Shown in pieces: positions 12,764 through 25,382 of a stretch of DNA of 64,000 bases (the stretch's first letter is position 1; every line of letters begins with the position of its first letter). Source of the DNA: Mobula hypostoma (Eukaryota); the NCBI RefSeq assembly GCF_963921235.1, contig NC_086097.1:253644001-253708000 (forward strand). The letters are read 5' to 3'. The translations under genes were made by a program, and so were the position numbers. The notes beneath the pieces are model-generated. The model had not been told where the DNA came from. It saw nothing but the letters and a program-made list of their open reading frames with translations, and did no database searches.

Positions 12764-12915
12764 GGAGTTTTGATACGGAGGTACAGGTGGTGACTTTCAG
12801 GCCTGCTCAGGTAAATCCAGACCTGCGGCCAACCACTGAAGCCACAAGGTCAGCGACTGCCAGAGTGGAGTCAACCACACAGAAAAAAATGCTCAGGAAG
12901 CCGGTCCAAACAGAG
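12764..12915 (+). CDS. SDC2: Syndecan-2 coding exon (probable exon 3; Ser/Thr-rich ectodomain)
   Basis: Acceptor tttctcttttggcag, donor GAG|gtaagt; 152 bp, phase 1 to 0, fitting the next exon; SFDTEVQVVTFRPAQVNPDLRPTTEATRSATARVESTTQKKMLRKPVQTE. Assigned by splice signals, phase and position, since ectodomains are poorly conserved. Confidence 0.7.
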
Positions 12916-13289
12916 GTAAGTCGATGCAGCTCCAATTCCAGGAACATTTTCAGATGATTTCTTTTCTTAAGCTGCTTATGTTCTGTGTATTTGATGTTGA
13001 CTTTGTAAAATTTATCGCTATTTTACAATGAATTTTGATCACTGTGTGGTAGAACAGAGGGATCTGGGAATACAGGTCCACAATTCATTGAAAGGGGCAC
13101 CATAGGTAGATAGGGTCGGAAAGAATGCTGTCGGCACATTGGCCTTCATAAATCAAAGTATTTATAGAACATCGAAATTTACAGCACATTGCAGGCCCTC
13201 CAGCCCACATGTAACCTACTCAGTACAGGAGCTGGGATGTTATGTTGAAGTTGGTGAGTGTTGTGTGCAGTCATGGTCACCTGCCTATA

Positions 13290-14460
13290 GGAATTTTCTG
13301 CAAGGACGGGACAGCTCAGTCTTTTAGGGGCAGAGGAGATGGAGTATGCTTTATGATTATCTAATGGAGCATAAACATGGCAGTTTTGTCTCAGTCTTGC
13401 TCACCTGACCTGGAACATCCAGGGGTCAAATGTCATCTATTTTAGGGAGTTTTCCACCATCATCCTGGTAGTGGTGTACATTCCACCCCACATCAGGCGG
13501 GCACTGGAGGAGGTGAGCAGTGTCATCAGCAGGCATAAAACACCACACCCTGATCCCCTCCCGATCATTGCGGGGGGTTTCAACCTGGCCAGCTTGAAGA
13601 CGTCTCTGAGCAACCACTACCAACACATCTGTGGACCCAGAGGAGCCAACGCACTTGACTGCTGTTATACCACCATCAAGAACACTTTCTGCCCACACTT
13701 AGTAAAGTCCAATAACCCAGCTGTATTTCTACTGCCGCCCAGCATACAGGCAGAGACTAAAGATCACAGTACTAGTGGCGAGGACCAAGAGGGTATGGTC
13801 AAGGGAGGTGAAGGAACGCTTACAGCTCTGCCTTGAATCGGTGGATTGACAATGTTCAGGTACTTGTCTCTGAGTCTGAATGAATATGCCACAGTTGTCA
13901 CCAACTTCATCAAGGCCCGTGTGGATGAATGTGTCCCCTCGAAGAACGTACTGGACATACCCAAACCAAAAGCCTTGGATGAACCAGGAGATTCATAGTC
14001 TACTGAGGACTAGATCTGTGACATTCAAGACTGGTGATCAGAATTATATCAGAGGTCCAGGAATGACTTATGGAAGGCTACCTTAAGAGATTAAAAAATA
14101 ATTCCAGTTGAGGTTAAAGACAGAATTGGAGGCGTGTTTGCTCTGGCAGGGTTTACAGGCCGTTCTGAGGAAACGTACAGGAGCAAGATGGATCAGCTAG
14201 CTGAGTGGCATTGCAGCAACAACCTTGCACTAGCACCGGCCTCCCCAGCATCACGGGCATTTTCAAAAGGTGGCGCCATTTGAAAATGCAGAGCATTCTA
14301 ACCGGTTGCATCACTGTTGGACAGAGGAGCCTTTGCACAGGATCAGAAAATGCTGTAAAAAGTTGCAAACTCAGCCAGCTCCACCATGAGTACCAGCCTC
14401 CCCAGCATCCAAGGCATCTTTGAAAGGCAATGCCTGAAAAAGATGGCATCCATCATTAAG
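13290..14460 (+). mobile_element. Degenerate Rex1/Babar-like LINE, left part
   Basis: VYIPP, LDCCYTTIK, YPNQKPWMN, SILTGCIT; breaks at catcattaag and resumes at 19847. Confidence 0.75.
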
Positions 14461-14888
14461 ACCAGAAGACATAGGAGCAGAATTAAGCCATTCAGCCCAT
14501 CGAGTCTGCTCTGCCATTCCATCATGGCTGATCCCGGATCCAACTCAACCCCATACACCTGCCTTCTCACCATATCCTTTGATGCCCTGACTGATCAGGA
14601 CACGATCAACTTCTGCTTTAAATATACGCATAAACTTGGGCTCCACCACAGTCTGTGGCAGAGCATTCCACAAATTCACTGCTCTTTGGCTAAAAATCTT
14701 CCTCCTTATCTCTGTTCTAAAAGGTCGCCCTTCAATTCTGAGGCTGTGCCCTCTAGTTCTGGATACCCCCACCATAGGAAACATCTTCTCCACTTCCACC
14801 TTTCAACATTCAGTAGGTTTCAATGAGATACCCCCACATTCTTCTAAAATTCCAGTGAGCACAGGCCCAAAACTGCTCAACGCTCCTC

Positions 14889-15304
14889 TTGGAGTTCAGA
14901 AGAATGAGGGGAGACCTCATAGAAACATTTCGAATGTTGAAAGACGTGGACAGAGTGGATGTGGCAAAGTTGTTTCCCATGATGGGGGAGTCTAGTACAA
15001 GAGGGCATGACTTAAGGATTGAAGGGCACCCTTTCAGAACAGAAATGTGAAGAAATTTTTTTAGTCAGAGGGTGGTGAATCTATGGAATTTGTTGCCACG
15101 GGTAGCAGTGGAGGCCAAGTCATTGGGTGTATTTAAGGCAGAGATTGATAGGTATCTGAGTAGCCAGGGCATCAAAGGTTATGGTGAGAAGGCAGGAGAG
15201 TGGGACTAAATGGGAGAATGGATCAGCTCATGATAAAATGGCAGAGCAGACTCGATGGGCTGAATGGCCTACTTCTGCTCCTTTGTCTTATGGTCTTACG
15301 GTCT
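14889..15304 (+). mobile_element. Short CR1 3' fragment (nested)
   Basis: LEFRRMRGDLIETF..; (tcttatgg)n tail. Confidence 0.85.
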
Positions 15305-16229
15305 ATGTTAACCCCTTCATTCCCGGAATAATCCTCCACCCTCCTCTGGACTCTCTCCAATGACAACACATCCCTTCTGCGATATAGTGCCCAAATTGTT
15401 GACAATACTCCAAGTGAGGCCTGCCTAGTGTCTTATAAAGCCTCAGCATTATCTACTTCCTTTTATATTCTATTCCCCTTGGAAATAAATACCAACATTG
15501 CATTTACCTTCATTACCACAGACTTACCCTGTAAATTAACCTTCTGGGTGTCTTGCACGGGGATTCCTCAGTCCCTCTGCACCTCTGATGTTTGAATTTT
15601 CTCCCCATTTAGATAATAGTCTGCACTATTGTTCCTTTTACAAAAATGCATCATCATACATTTTCCAACACTATATTCCATCTGCCACTTTTTTGCCCAT
15701 TCTTCTAATTTGTCCAAGTCCTGCGCAATCACATTGCTTCCTCAGCACTACCCACCCCTCCACCTATCTTTGTATCATCCACAAACTTTGAAACATAGCC
15801 ATCAATTCCATTGTCCAAATTGTTGACAAACAATGTGAAAAGTAGTGATTCCAATACTGACTCCTGAGGAACACCACTAGTCACTGGCAACCAACCAGAA
15901 AAGGCCCCTTTTATTCCCACTGGCTGCCTCCTGCCTGTCAGCCATTCCTCTGTCCATGCCAGTATCTTTCCTGTAACACCGTAGGATTTAATCTTGTTAA
16001 GCAGGCTCATGTGTGGCACATTATCAAATGCCTTCTGAAAATCCAAGTAAATGACATCCACTGCCTCTCCTTTGTCCACCTGCTTGTTACTTCCTCAAAG
16101 AACTCTAAAAGATTTGTCAGGTAAGATTTCCTTTTACAGAAACCATGCTGACTTTGACTTATGTTATCATTTGTCTCAAAGTACGTGGAAACCTCATCCT
16201 TAATAATAGACTCCAACACTTTCCCAACT

Positions 16230-18970
16230 GTATCGGTGTATCGGAAGGATAGGAAGGTAGGCAGAGGGGGAGGCGTGGCTTTATTGGTAAGAAATGATAT
16301 TAAATCATTAGAAAGAGGTGATATAGGATCGGAAGGTGCAGAATCTTTATGGGTTGAGCTAAGGAATAGCAGGGGTAAAAGGACCCTGATGGCAGTTATA
16401 TACAGGCCTCCAAACAGCTGCAGTGATGTGGACTACAAATTACAACAGGAAATAGAAAAGGCTTGTCAGAAGGGCAGTGCTATGATAATTGTGGGGGATT
16501 TTAACATGCGAGTGGATTGGGAAAATCAGGTCGGCACTGGATCTCAAGAGAGAGAATTTGTATAATGTCTGTGAGATGGCTTTTTAGAACAGTTTGTTGT
16601 TGAGCCCACTAGGGGATCAGCTGTACTGGATTGGGTACTGTGTAATGAACCGGAGGTGATTAGAGAGATTGAGGTGAAGGAACCCTTAGGAGGCAGTGAT
16701 CATAACATGATTGAGTTCACTGTGAAATTAGGAAAAGAGAAGCCGAAATCTGATGTGTCGGTGTTTCAGTGGAGTAAAGGAAACTACAGTGGCATGAGAG
16801 AGGAACTGGCCAAAGTTGACTGGAAAGAGACACTGGCGGGAAAGACGGCAGAGCAGCAGTGGCTGGAGTTTACGCGAGAAACGAGGAATGTGCAAGACAG
16901 GTATATTCCAAAAAAGAAGAAATTTTCGAGTGGAAAAAGGATGCAACCGTGGTTGACAAGAGAAGGCAAAGCCAAAGTTAAAGCTAAGGAGAGGGCATAC
17001 AAGGAAGCAAAAATTAGTGGGAAGACAGAGGATTGGGAAGTCTTTAAAACCTTACAAAAGGAAACCAAGAAGGTCATTAAGAGAGAAAAGATTAACTATG
17101 AAAGGAAACTAGCAAATAATATCGAAGAGGATACTAAAAGCTTTTTCAAGTATATAAAGAGTAAAAGACAGATGAGAGTAGATATAGGACCGATAGAAAA
17201 TGATACTGGAGAAATTGTAATGGGAGATGAGGAGATGGCAGAGGAACTGAACAAGTATTTTGCATCAGTCTTCACTGAGGAAGACATCAGCAGTATACCG
17301 GACACTCAAGGGTGGCAGGGAAGAGAAGTATGCGCGGTCACAATTACGACAGAGAAAGTACTCAGGAAGCTGAATAGGCTAAAGGTAGATAAATCTCCTG
17401 GACCAGATGGAATGCACCCTCGTGTTCTGAAGGAAGTAGCTGTGGAGATTGCGGAGGCATTAGTGATGATCTTTCAAAAGTCGATAGATTCTGGCATGGT
17501 TTCGGAGGACTGGAAGATTGCAAATGTCACTCCGCTATTTAAGAAGGGGGCAAGGAAGCAAAAAGGAAATTATAGACCTGCTAGCTTGATGTCGGTGGTT
17601 GGGAAGTTGTTGGAGTTGATTGTCAAGGATGAGGTTACAGAGTACCTGGAGGCATATGACAAGATAGGCAGAACTCAGCATGGATTCCTTAAAGGAAAAT
17701 CCTGCCTGACAAACCTATTACAATTTTTTGAGGAAATTACCAGTAGGCTAGACAAGGGAGATGCAGTGGATGTTGTATATTTGGATTTTCAGAAGGCCTT
17801 TGACAAGGTGCCACACATGAGACTGTTTAACAAGATAAGAGCCCATGGAATTACAGGAAAGTTACATACGTGGATAGAGCGTTGGCTGATTGGCAGGAAA
17901 CAGAGAGTGGGAATAAAGGGATCCTATTCTGGTTGGCTGCTGGTTACCGGTGGTGTTCCGCAGGGATTAGTGTTGGGGCCGCTTCTTTTTACATTGCACA
18001 TCAACGATTTGGATTATGGAATAGATGGCTTTGTGGCTAAGTTTGCTGACGATACGAAGATAGGTGGAGGGGCCGGTAGTGCTGAGGAAACAGAGAGTCT
18101 GCAGAGAGACTTGGATAGATTGGAAGAATGGGCAGAGAAGTGGCAAATGAAGTACAATGTTGGAAAGTGTATGGTTATGCACTTTGGCAGAAAAAATAAA
18201 CAGGCAGACTATTATTTAAATGGGGAAAGAATTCAAAGTTCTGAGATGCAACGGGACTTGGGAGTCCTCGTACAGGATTCCCTTAAAGTTAACCTCCAGG
18301 TTGAGTCAGTAGTGAAGAAGGCGAATGCAATGTTGGCATTCATTTCTAGAGGAATAGAGTACAGGAGCAGGGATGTGATGTTGAGGCTCTATAAGGCACT
18401 GGTGAGACCTCACTTGGAGTACTGTGGGCAGTTTTGGTCTCCTTATTTAAGAAAGGATGTGCTGTCGTTGGAGAGGGTACAGAGAAGATTCACTAGAATG
18501 ATTCCGGGAATGAGAGGGTTAACATATGAGGAACGTTTGTCCGCTCTTGGACTGTATTCCTTGGAGTTTAGAAGAATGAGGGGAGACCTCATAGAAACAT
18601 TTCGAATGTTGAAAGACATGGACAGAGTGGATGTGGTAAAGTTGTTTCCCATGATGGGGGGGCCTAGTACAAGAGGGCATGACTTAAGGATTGAAGGGCG
18701 CCCTTTCAGAACAGAAATGCGAAAAAAAATTTTTAGTCAGAGGGCGGTGAATCTATGGAATTTGTTGCCACAGGCTGCAGTGGAGGCCAAGTCATTGGGT
18801 GTCTTTAAGGCAGAGATTGATAGGTATCTGAGTAGCCAGGGCATCAAAGGTTATGGTGAGAAGGTGGGGCAGTGGGACTAAATAGGAGAAAATGGATCAG
18901 CTCATGATAAAATGGCGGAGCAGACTCGATGGGCCGAATGGCCTACTTCTGCTCCTTTGTCTTATGGTCT
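16230..18970 (+). mobile_element. CR1 LINE, 5'-truncated within EN, with stop codons near 16563
   Basis: 741-aa open RT frame at 16656-18881; 4-bp TSD aact at 16226-16229 and 18971-18974. Confidence 0.95.
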
Positions 18971-19846
18971 AACTACTGAGGTTAGACTAACAAGCCTGTA
19001 ATTTCCTTTCTTTTGCCTTCCTCCCATTTTAAGAAGGAAGGAATATAGTGGGGTGATATTTACAATTCCAGTCCCCTGGGACCATGCCAAAATCAAGTGA
19101 TTCCTGAAAGATCATGACCAATGCATCAGTTATCTCTTCAGCAACCTCTCTCAGGACTCCGGGATGTAGTCCATCTGGTCCAGGTGACTTATCCACCTTA
19201 AGACCTTACAGTTTGCCTTGCACTTTTTCCTTCATTATAGCAATGGCACTCGCTCCTACACTCTGACACCCAAGGACCTCTGGCACAGTGCCAGTGTCTT
19301 CCACAGTGAAGACAGATGCAAAGTACCCATTAAGTTCATCTGCCATTTCTTGGTCCCCATTACTACCTCACCAGCATAATTTTCCAATGGACCAGTATCA
19401 ACTCTCATCACCCTTTTACTCTTTACATAACTGAAAAATTTTTTGTATCCTGCTTTATATTATCAGCTAGTTTGTCCTCATATTTCATGTTTTCCCTTCT
19501 TATAGCTTTTTCAGTTGCCTTTTTTTATAGATTTTAAAAGCTTCCCAATCATCCTACATCCCACTCACCTTTGCTACCTTATGTGTCCTTTCCTTGGCTT
19601 TTATGCAGTTCCTAACTTCCCTTGTCAGCCATGGTTGCCGACCCCTGCCATTTGAAAACTTCTTCCTCTGTGGGACATATTTATCCTGCACCTTGTGAAC
19701 TATTCCCCGAAACTTCAGCCATCTCTGCTCTGCTGTCACCCCACCAGTACCCTTCTCCAATCCACCTGGGCAACCTCCTCTCTCATGCCTCTGTAATTCC
19801 CTTTATCCCATTACATGTGACTTGTGCTTCTCCCTCTCAAATTTCA

Positions 19847-20160
19847 GTAAGGACCCTCATCACCCAGGGCATGCCCTCTTCTCATTGCTACCATCAAGAG
19901 GAGGTACAGGAGCCTGAAGAATCACACTGAACGATTCAAGAACGGTTTCCACCCCTCCGCCATCAGACTCTGAATGAGCCCATGTACATTACTTCATTTC
20001 TTTCTCTTCTTTTTTGCACTTAATTATTTTTTATACCATCTTGGTGTAATTTATAGTATATCTTACTGTAATTTACACTCTTTACACGTTTTGCAACATA
20101 CAGCTGCTGCATAAGAATAAATTTCATTACATATGCCAGTGATATTAAACCTGATTCTGA
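19847..20160 (+). mobile_element. Rex1/Babar-like LINE, right part and 3'UTR
   Basis: KDPHHPGHALFSLLPS.. continues the element broken at 14460; tail attaaacctgattctga. Confidence 0.75.
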
Positions 20161-20169
20161 AAGATGCCG

Positions 20170-20605
20170 GTCAGATTGAAAGAGATCAGAGAAAAGCTAC
20201 AAGGATGTTGCCAGGTCTTGAAGACTTGTGTTATTAGGAAAAGTTGAATAGTTCGGACTTTAGTCCCTGGAGCTTCGCAGAATGAGGGAGATTTGATAGA
20301 GATATACAAGATTAGGAGGGGTATAAGGTAGGGTAAATGCAAGCGAGCTTTTTCTCCTGAGGTCGGGTGGGACTACAACCAGAGGTCATGGGTTAAAGGT
20401 GAAAGGTGAAATGAGGGTGGTGAGAGTGTGAAATGACTGCCAGCGGTGGGTGTGGGTTTGGTTTCAATGTTTTAAAGCAGTTTGGATAAGTATTTGGTTG
20501 GGAGGGGTATGGAGGTTGATGATACAAATGCAGGTTGGTGGGACTAATCAGAACAGACTAGATGGGCTGAAGGGACTTTCTGTGCTGTGGTGCTGTATGA
20601 CTAAT
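20170..20605 (+). mobile_element. Old CR1 3' fragment
   Basis: Degenerate RMRGDLIEIYKI motif and CR1-type 3' end. Confidence 0.65.
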
Positions 20606-20774
20606 GACTTTGAATTCTCTTGGTCCCCTCCCCACTTGTACAATATTTACAGAGAACCATTGTGCAAAGTGACGGATTATTTTACCAAGGCTTAATTCAA
20701 GCAAGTAGATTTTAAATTGCTTTGTTTCCTGTAAATCCCACTTCCGAATTTCTTTTTGATTTGTGTAATTGCAG

Positions 20775-20919
20775 ACGACTGTAGCCACCATGGTTAAAGA
20801 GGAGACAAAGAAAGGAGATGACTTTGTTATTGAAAAGCCAACGATGAATACCGATGGCAATGATGTCTCTGCAGAAAAACATGCAGAAAGTCTTTTCCAG
20901 AGAACAGAAGTGCTTGCAG
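20775..20919 (+). CDS. SDC2: Syndecan-2 coding exon (penultimate, juxtamembrane ectodomain)
   Basis: Acceptor ttgtgtaattgcag, donor G|gtgagt; 145 bp, phase 0 to 1; ends ..EKHAESLFQRTEVLA, the syndecan-2/4 juxtamembrane signature. Confidence 0.93.
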
Positions 20920-21311
20920 GTGAGTGGGAGCTTTGATTTAACCTGCACAGGTGAGTGGAGGGCAGAAACTGTGGCTCCTTTATTCAACAAGGACTGAGGG
21001 AATAAGATCGATTATTTATTTTTATCTTTTATTACTTAGACCAGATTGTGGGGTGGGGATACATCTCTACCAAAGAAGGTGCCAGCCTGCAGGTCACTCC
21101 TGGGTAAGGCATAGCACCTGCGTAGCCCCCCTGATCAGGCTCACGTGAAGCCTTGCGAGCAGAAACTGAGAACCAGGATGCTTTCTTTCTTTAAAGATCC
21201 ATTCTGACTGAATTAATAGTTTGACACGAACTAGATGCATGGAAAAGCCTGCTGTTATACTGTAGTGTTCTATGACTCTGTCAGCTGATCTAATTTTTCA
21301 GAGTTAAGAAT

Positions 21312-22590
21312 GCACTCTGTGGCCGCTTTATTATGTCCACCTGTACACCTGCTCGTTAATGCAAATATCCAGTCAGCCAATCACGTGGCAGCAGCTCAAT
21401 GCTTAAAAGCATGTAGAAATGGTCAAGAGGTTCAGTTGTTGTTCAGACCAAACATCAGAATGGGGAAGAAATGTGATCTAAGTGACTTTGACTATGGAGT
21501 GATTGTTGGTGCCAGACAGGGTGGTTTGAGTTTCTCAGAATCTGCCGATCTCCTGGGATTTTCACACACAACCATCTCTAGAGTTTACAGAGAATGGTGC
21601 AAAAAACAAAAAAAAATCCAGTAAGCAGCAGTTCTGTGGGTGAAAACTCCTCATAATGAGAGAGGTCAGAGGAGAACGGCCAGACTGAGAGAGGTGAGGG
21701 GAGAGTGGCCAGACTGAGAGAGGTCAGGGAGAATGGCCAGACTGAGGGGGGTCAGAGGAGAATGGCCAGACTGAGAGAGGTGAGGGGAGAGTGGCCAGAC
21801 AGAGACGTGAGGGGAGAATGGCCAGACTGAGAGAGGTGAGGGGAGAGTGGGCGGACCGAGAGAGGTCAGGGGAGAACGGCCAGACTGAGAGAGGTCAGGG
21901 GAGAACGGCCAGACTGAGAGAGGTCAGGGGAGAGTGGCCGGACTGAGAGAGGTCAGGGGAGAGTAGCCAGACTGAGAGAGGTCAGAGGAGAACAGCCAGA
22001 CTGAGAGAGGTCAGGGGAGAATGGCCAGACCGAGAGAGGTCAGGGGAGAGTGGCCAGACTGAGAGAGGTCAGGGGAGAATGGCCAGACCGAGAGAGGTCA
22101 GGGGAGAGTGGCCAGACCGAGAGAGGTCAGGGGAGAATGGCCAGACCGAGAGAGGTCAGGGGAGAGTGGCCAGACCGAGAGAGGTCAGGGGAGAGTGGCC
22201 AGACTGAGAGAGGTCAGGGGAGAATGGCCAGACCGAGAGAGGTCAGAGGAGAGTGGCCAGACTGAGGGGTGTCAGAGGAGAATGGCCAGACTGAGAGAGG
22301 TCAGGGGAGAATGGCCAGACTGAGGGGGGGGTCGGGGAGAGGGGCCAGACTGAGAGAGGTCACGGAGAATGACCAGACTGAGAGAGGTCAGGGGAGAGGG
22401 GCCAGACTGACAGGAAGGCAACGGTAGCTCAAATAATCACGTGTTGCAACAGTGGCGGCAGAAGAGCATCTCTGAACCTACAACATGTCGATCCTTGAAC
22501 TGGACAGGCTGCAGCAGAAGACTGTGAACATACACTCAGTAGCCACTTATTAGTTACAGGTGGTGTCTAGTAAAATGGCCACTGTGTGAA
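21312..22590 (+). mobile_element. Non-autonomous Tc1-like element with an internal minisatellite expansion
   Basis: Left TIR cactctgtggccgctttatt; MGKKCDLSDFDYGVIVGARQGGLS..; right TIR taaaatggccactgtgtg. Confidence 0.85.
21658..22410 (+). repeat. Purine-rich 29-bp minisatellite, about 26 copies
   Basis: Unit gagagaggtcaggggagaatggccagact with variants. Confidence 0.95.
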
Positions 22591-22769
22591 TGTATTAATG
22601 GAGGGAGTGTAGTTGACTGTGGACTACAGGGAGCTCAGCAAGAACTTTGACACATTACCGTGTGCTGGTGTGCTGGGTTGGGGGCTGACCTCGCCCATCG
22701 GTGTGCCCTCCACTGATCGCTCGGTGAAGATGAGTTGCATTGTGTTTGCCTGTAGCTGCACTAGAGCCT

Positions 22770-22965
22770 GATGAGGAACAGCTTTGGGCTGGTCCTTACA
22801 CTACAGGTGACCTGGGTTCAATTCCTACCGCTGCCGTTAAGGAGTTTGTACGTTCTCTCTGTGACCGCGTGGCTTTCCTCTGGGTGCTCCAGTTTCCTCC
22901 CACAGTCCAAAGACGTACCGGTTGGTAGGTTAATTGTTCATTGTAAATTGTCCTGTGATTAGGCC
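22770..22965 (+). mobile_element. tRNA-derived V-SINE (HE1-like) fragment
   Basis: B-box gggttcaattcc followed by V-domain-like ggagtttgtacgttctc..gtgctccagtttcctcccacagtccaaagac. Confidence 0.75.
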
Positions 22966-22978
22966 TTTTCTGCAGTCT

Positions 22979-24237
22979 TAGAAACATAGAAAACCTACAA
23001 CACAATACCGGCCCTTCGGCCCACAAAGTTGTGCCGAACATGTCCCTAGGCTTACCCATAGCTCCATGTACCTATCCAGGAGTCTCTTAAAAGATCCTAT
23101 CGTATCCGCCTCCACCACCGTTGCTGGCAGCCCATTCCACGCACTCATCACTCTCTGAGTAAAAAAACTTACCCCTGACATCTCCTCTGTACCTACTCCC
23201 CAGCACCTTAAACCTGTGTCCTCTTGTGACACCATTTCAGCCCTGGGAAAAAGCCTCTGACTATCCACACGATCAATGCCTCTCATCATCTTATACACCT
23301 CTATCAGGCCACCTCTCATCCTCCATCGCCCCAAGGAGAAAGGGCCGAGTTCACTCAACCTGTTTTCATAAGGCATGCTCCCCAATCCAGGCATCATCCT
23401 TGTAAATCTCCTCTGCACCCTTTCTATGGCTTCCACATCCTTCCTGTAGTGAGGTGACCAGAACTGAGCACAGTACTCCAAGTGGGATCTGACCAGGGTC
23501 CTATATAGCTGCAACATTACCTCTCGGCTCCTAAATTCAATTCCACAATTGATGAAGGCCAATACACTGTATGCTTTCTTAACCACAGAGTCAACCTGTG
23601 CAGCTGCTTTGAGTGTCCTGTGGACTCAGACCCCAAGATCCCTCTGATCCTCCACGCTGCAAAGAGTCTTACCATTAATACTATATTCTGCCGTCATCTT
23701 TGACCTACCAAAGTGAACCACTTCACACTTATCTGGGTTGAACTCCATCTGCCACTTCTCAGCCCAGTTTTGCATCCTATCAATGTCCCATTGTAACCTC
23801 TGACAGCCCTCCACACCATCCACAACACCCCCAACCTTTGTGTCATCAGCAAACTTACTAACCCATCCCTCCACTTCCTCATCCAGGCCATTTATAAAAA
23901 TCACAAAGAGTAAGGGTCCCAGAACAGATCCCTGAGGCACACCACTGGTCTCCGACCTCCATGCAGAATATGACCCATCTACAACCACTCTTTGCCTTCT
24001 GTGGGCAAGTCAGTTCTGGATCCACAAAGCAATGTCCCCTTGGATCCCATGACTCCTTACTTTCTCAATAAGCCTGGCATGGGGTACATTGTCAAATGCC
24101 TTGCTGAAATCCATATACACTACATCTACTGCTCTACCTTCATCAATGTGTTTAGTCACATCCTCAAAAAGTTCAATTAGGCTTGTGAGGCATGACCTGC
24201 TCTTGACAAAGCCATGCTGACTATTCCTAATCATATT
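22979..24237 (-). mobile_element. 5'-truncated CR1 LINE (RT region)
   Basis: SQHGF, DFSKAFD, GVPQGSVLGP, FADD, HLEYCAQFWSP; tttctatgtttcta tail. Confidence 0.9.
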
Positions 24238-24239
24238 AT

Positions 24240-24390
24240 AGATCTCTGATCTGGGCTGATATTTACGTGCCAGGCAGCAGCTAAATAATTAGCTTGTTTA
24301 TTTTGGCTTTTTTCTTAAAGATGTGCTGGGTGCGTTCCAGCCACCGCTGCACCACTGCATTCTTCGCAGCCCGGAGGTTGAGGACCACTG
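24240..24390. mobile_element. Possible hAT/Charlie-like MITE end
   Basis: Ends in ggttgaggaccactg, which resembles a hAT-Charlie TIR; only one end is seen. Confidence 0.3.
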
Positions 24391-25382
24391 CCTTTATCTA
24401 TCCTACTTGTAATCTCCTCAAAGAAGTCCAATAGGTTTGTTAGGCAAGAGTTTCCCCTGAGGAAACCATATGACTTTGTCCTATCTTGTTTTGTGTCACC
24501 AAGTACTCCATAACCTCATCCTTAACATCTAACATCTTCCCAGCCACTGAGGTCAGGCTAACTGGTTTATAATTTCCTTTCTCCTGCTTTCCCCCTTTGT
24601 TAAAGAGTGGAGTGATATTTGCAATTTCCCAGTCCTTTGGCACCATGCCAGAGTCCAACGATTTTTGAAAGATTATTACTGATGCCTCCATAATCTCTCC
24701 CACTACCTCTTTCAGAACCCTACTGTGTAGTTCATCTGGTCTGGTTGACTTATGTACCTTTAGATCCTTCAGCTTTCTGGGCACCTTCTTTCTTAAAATA
24801 GTAACTGCACTCACTTCTCTTCTGTCACACCCTTCAATGTCTGGCACACTGCTAATGTCTTCCACAGTGAAGACTGGTGCAAAATACTCATTAATGTATA
24901 TGCCATCTCCTTGTCCCCTGTTATTAATTTCAAGCGGTCCTACATCCACTCTCATCTCTCTTTTATGTTTTACGTGCTTGATACTGTTTGCTAGCTTGTT
25001 TTTGTATTTCATCTTTTCCCTCCTAAAGATTCTTTTAGTTGCTCTCTGTTGGTTTTTAAAGGCTTCCCAATGCTCTATCTTCCTGCTAATTTTTGCTTTG
25101 TTTTATGCCTTCTCTTTTGCTTTTACATTAGCTTTGATTTCCCTTGTCAGCCATAGTTGTGCTATTTTGCAATTTGAACATTTTTTTTTAATATATCCTG
25201 CAGTTTCCTCATTTTTCCCAGAAACTCACACCATTGCTGCTCTGCTGTCATCCCTGTCAGCATCTCCTTCCAATTTACTTTGTCCAACTCCTCTCTCTCA
25301 TACCACTATAATTTCCTTTGCTCTACTGAAATACTGCTACGTAAGACTACTTTCTCCCTGTCAAATTTCAGGTTGAATTGCA
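24391..25382 (-). mobile_element. Degenerate CR1 ORF2 internal fragment
   Basis: RVLKEV, WEIANITPLF, NYKPVSLTS. Confidence 0.85.

Larger units (their letters stand above)
14461..19846 (-). mobile_element. Older CR1 LINE containing two nested + strand CR1 insertions
   Basis: Collinear minus-strand ORF2 pieces at 14461-14888, 15305-16229 and 18971-19846. Confidence 0.8.

Noticed and set aside
12808..12816. In-frame cryptic donor CAG|gtaaat inside SDC2 exon 3
   Set aside because: Weaker than the GAG|gtaagt donor at 12915, with no evidence of use.
21658..22410. 29-bp repeats as a CRISPR array or repeat-protein gene
   Set aside because: No unique spacers, eukaryotic context, and the unit derives from Tc1; the ORFs are artefacts of the array.
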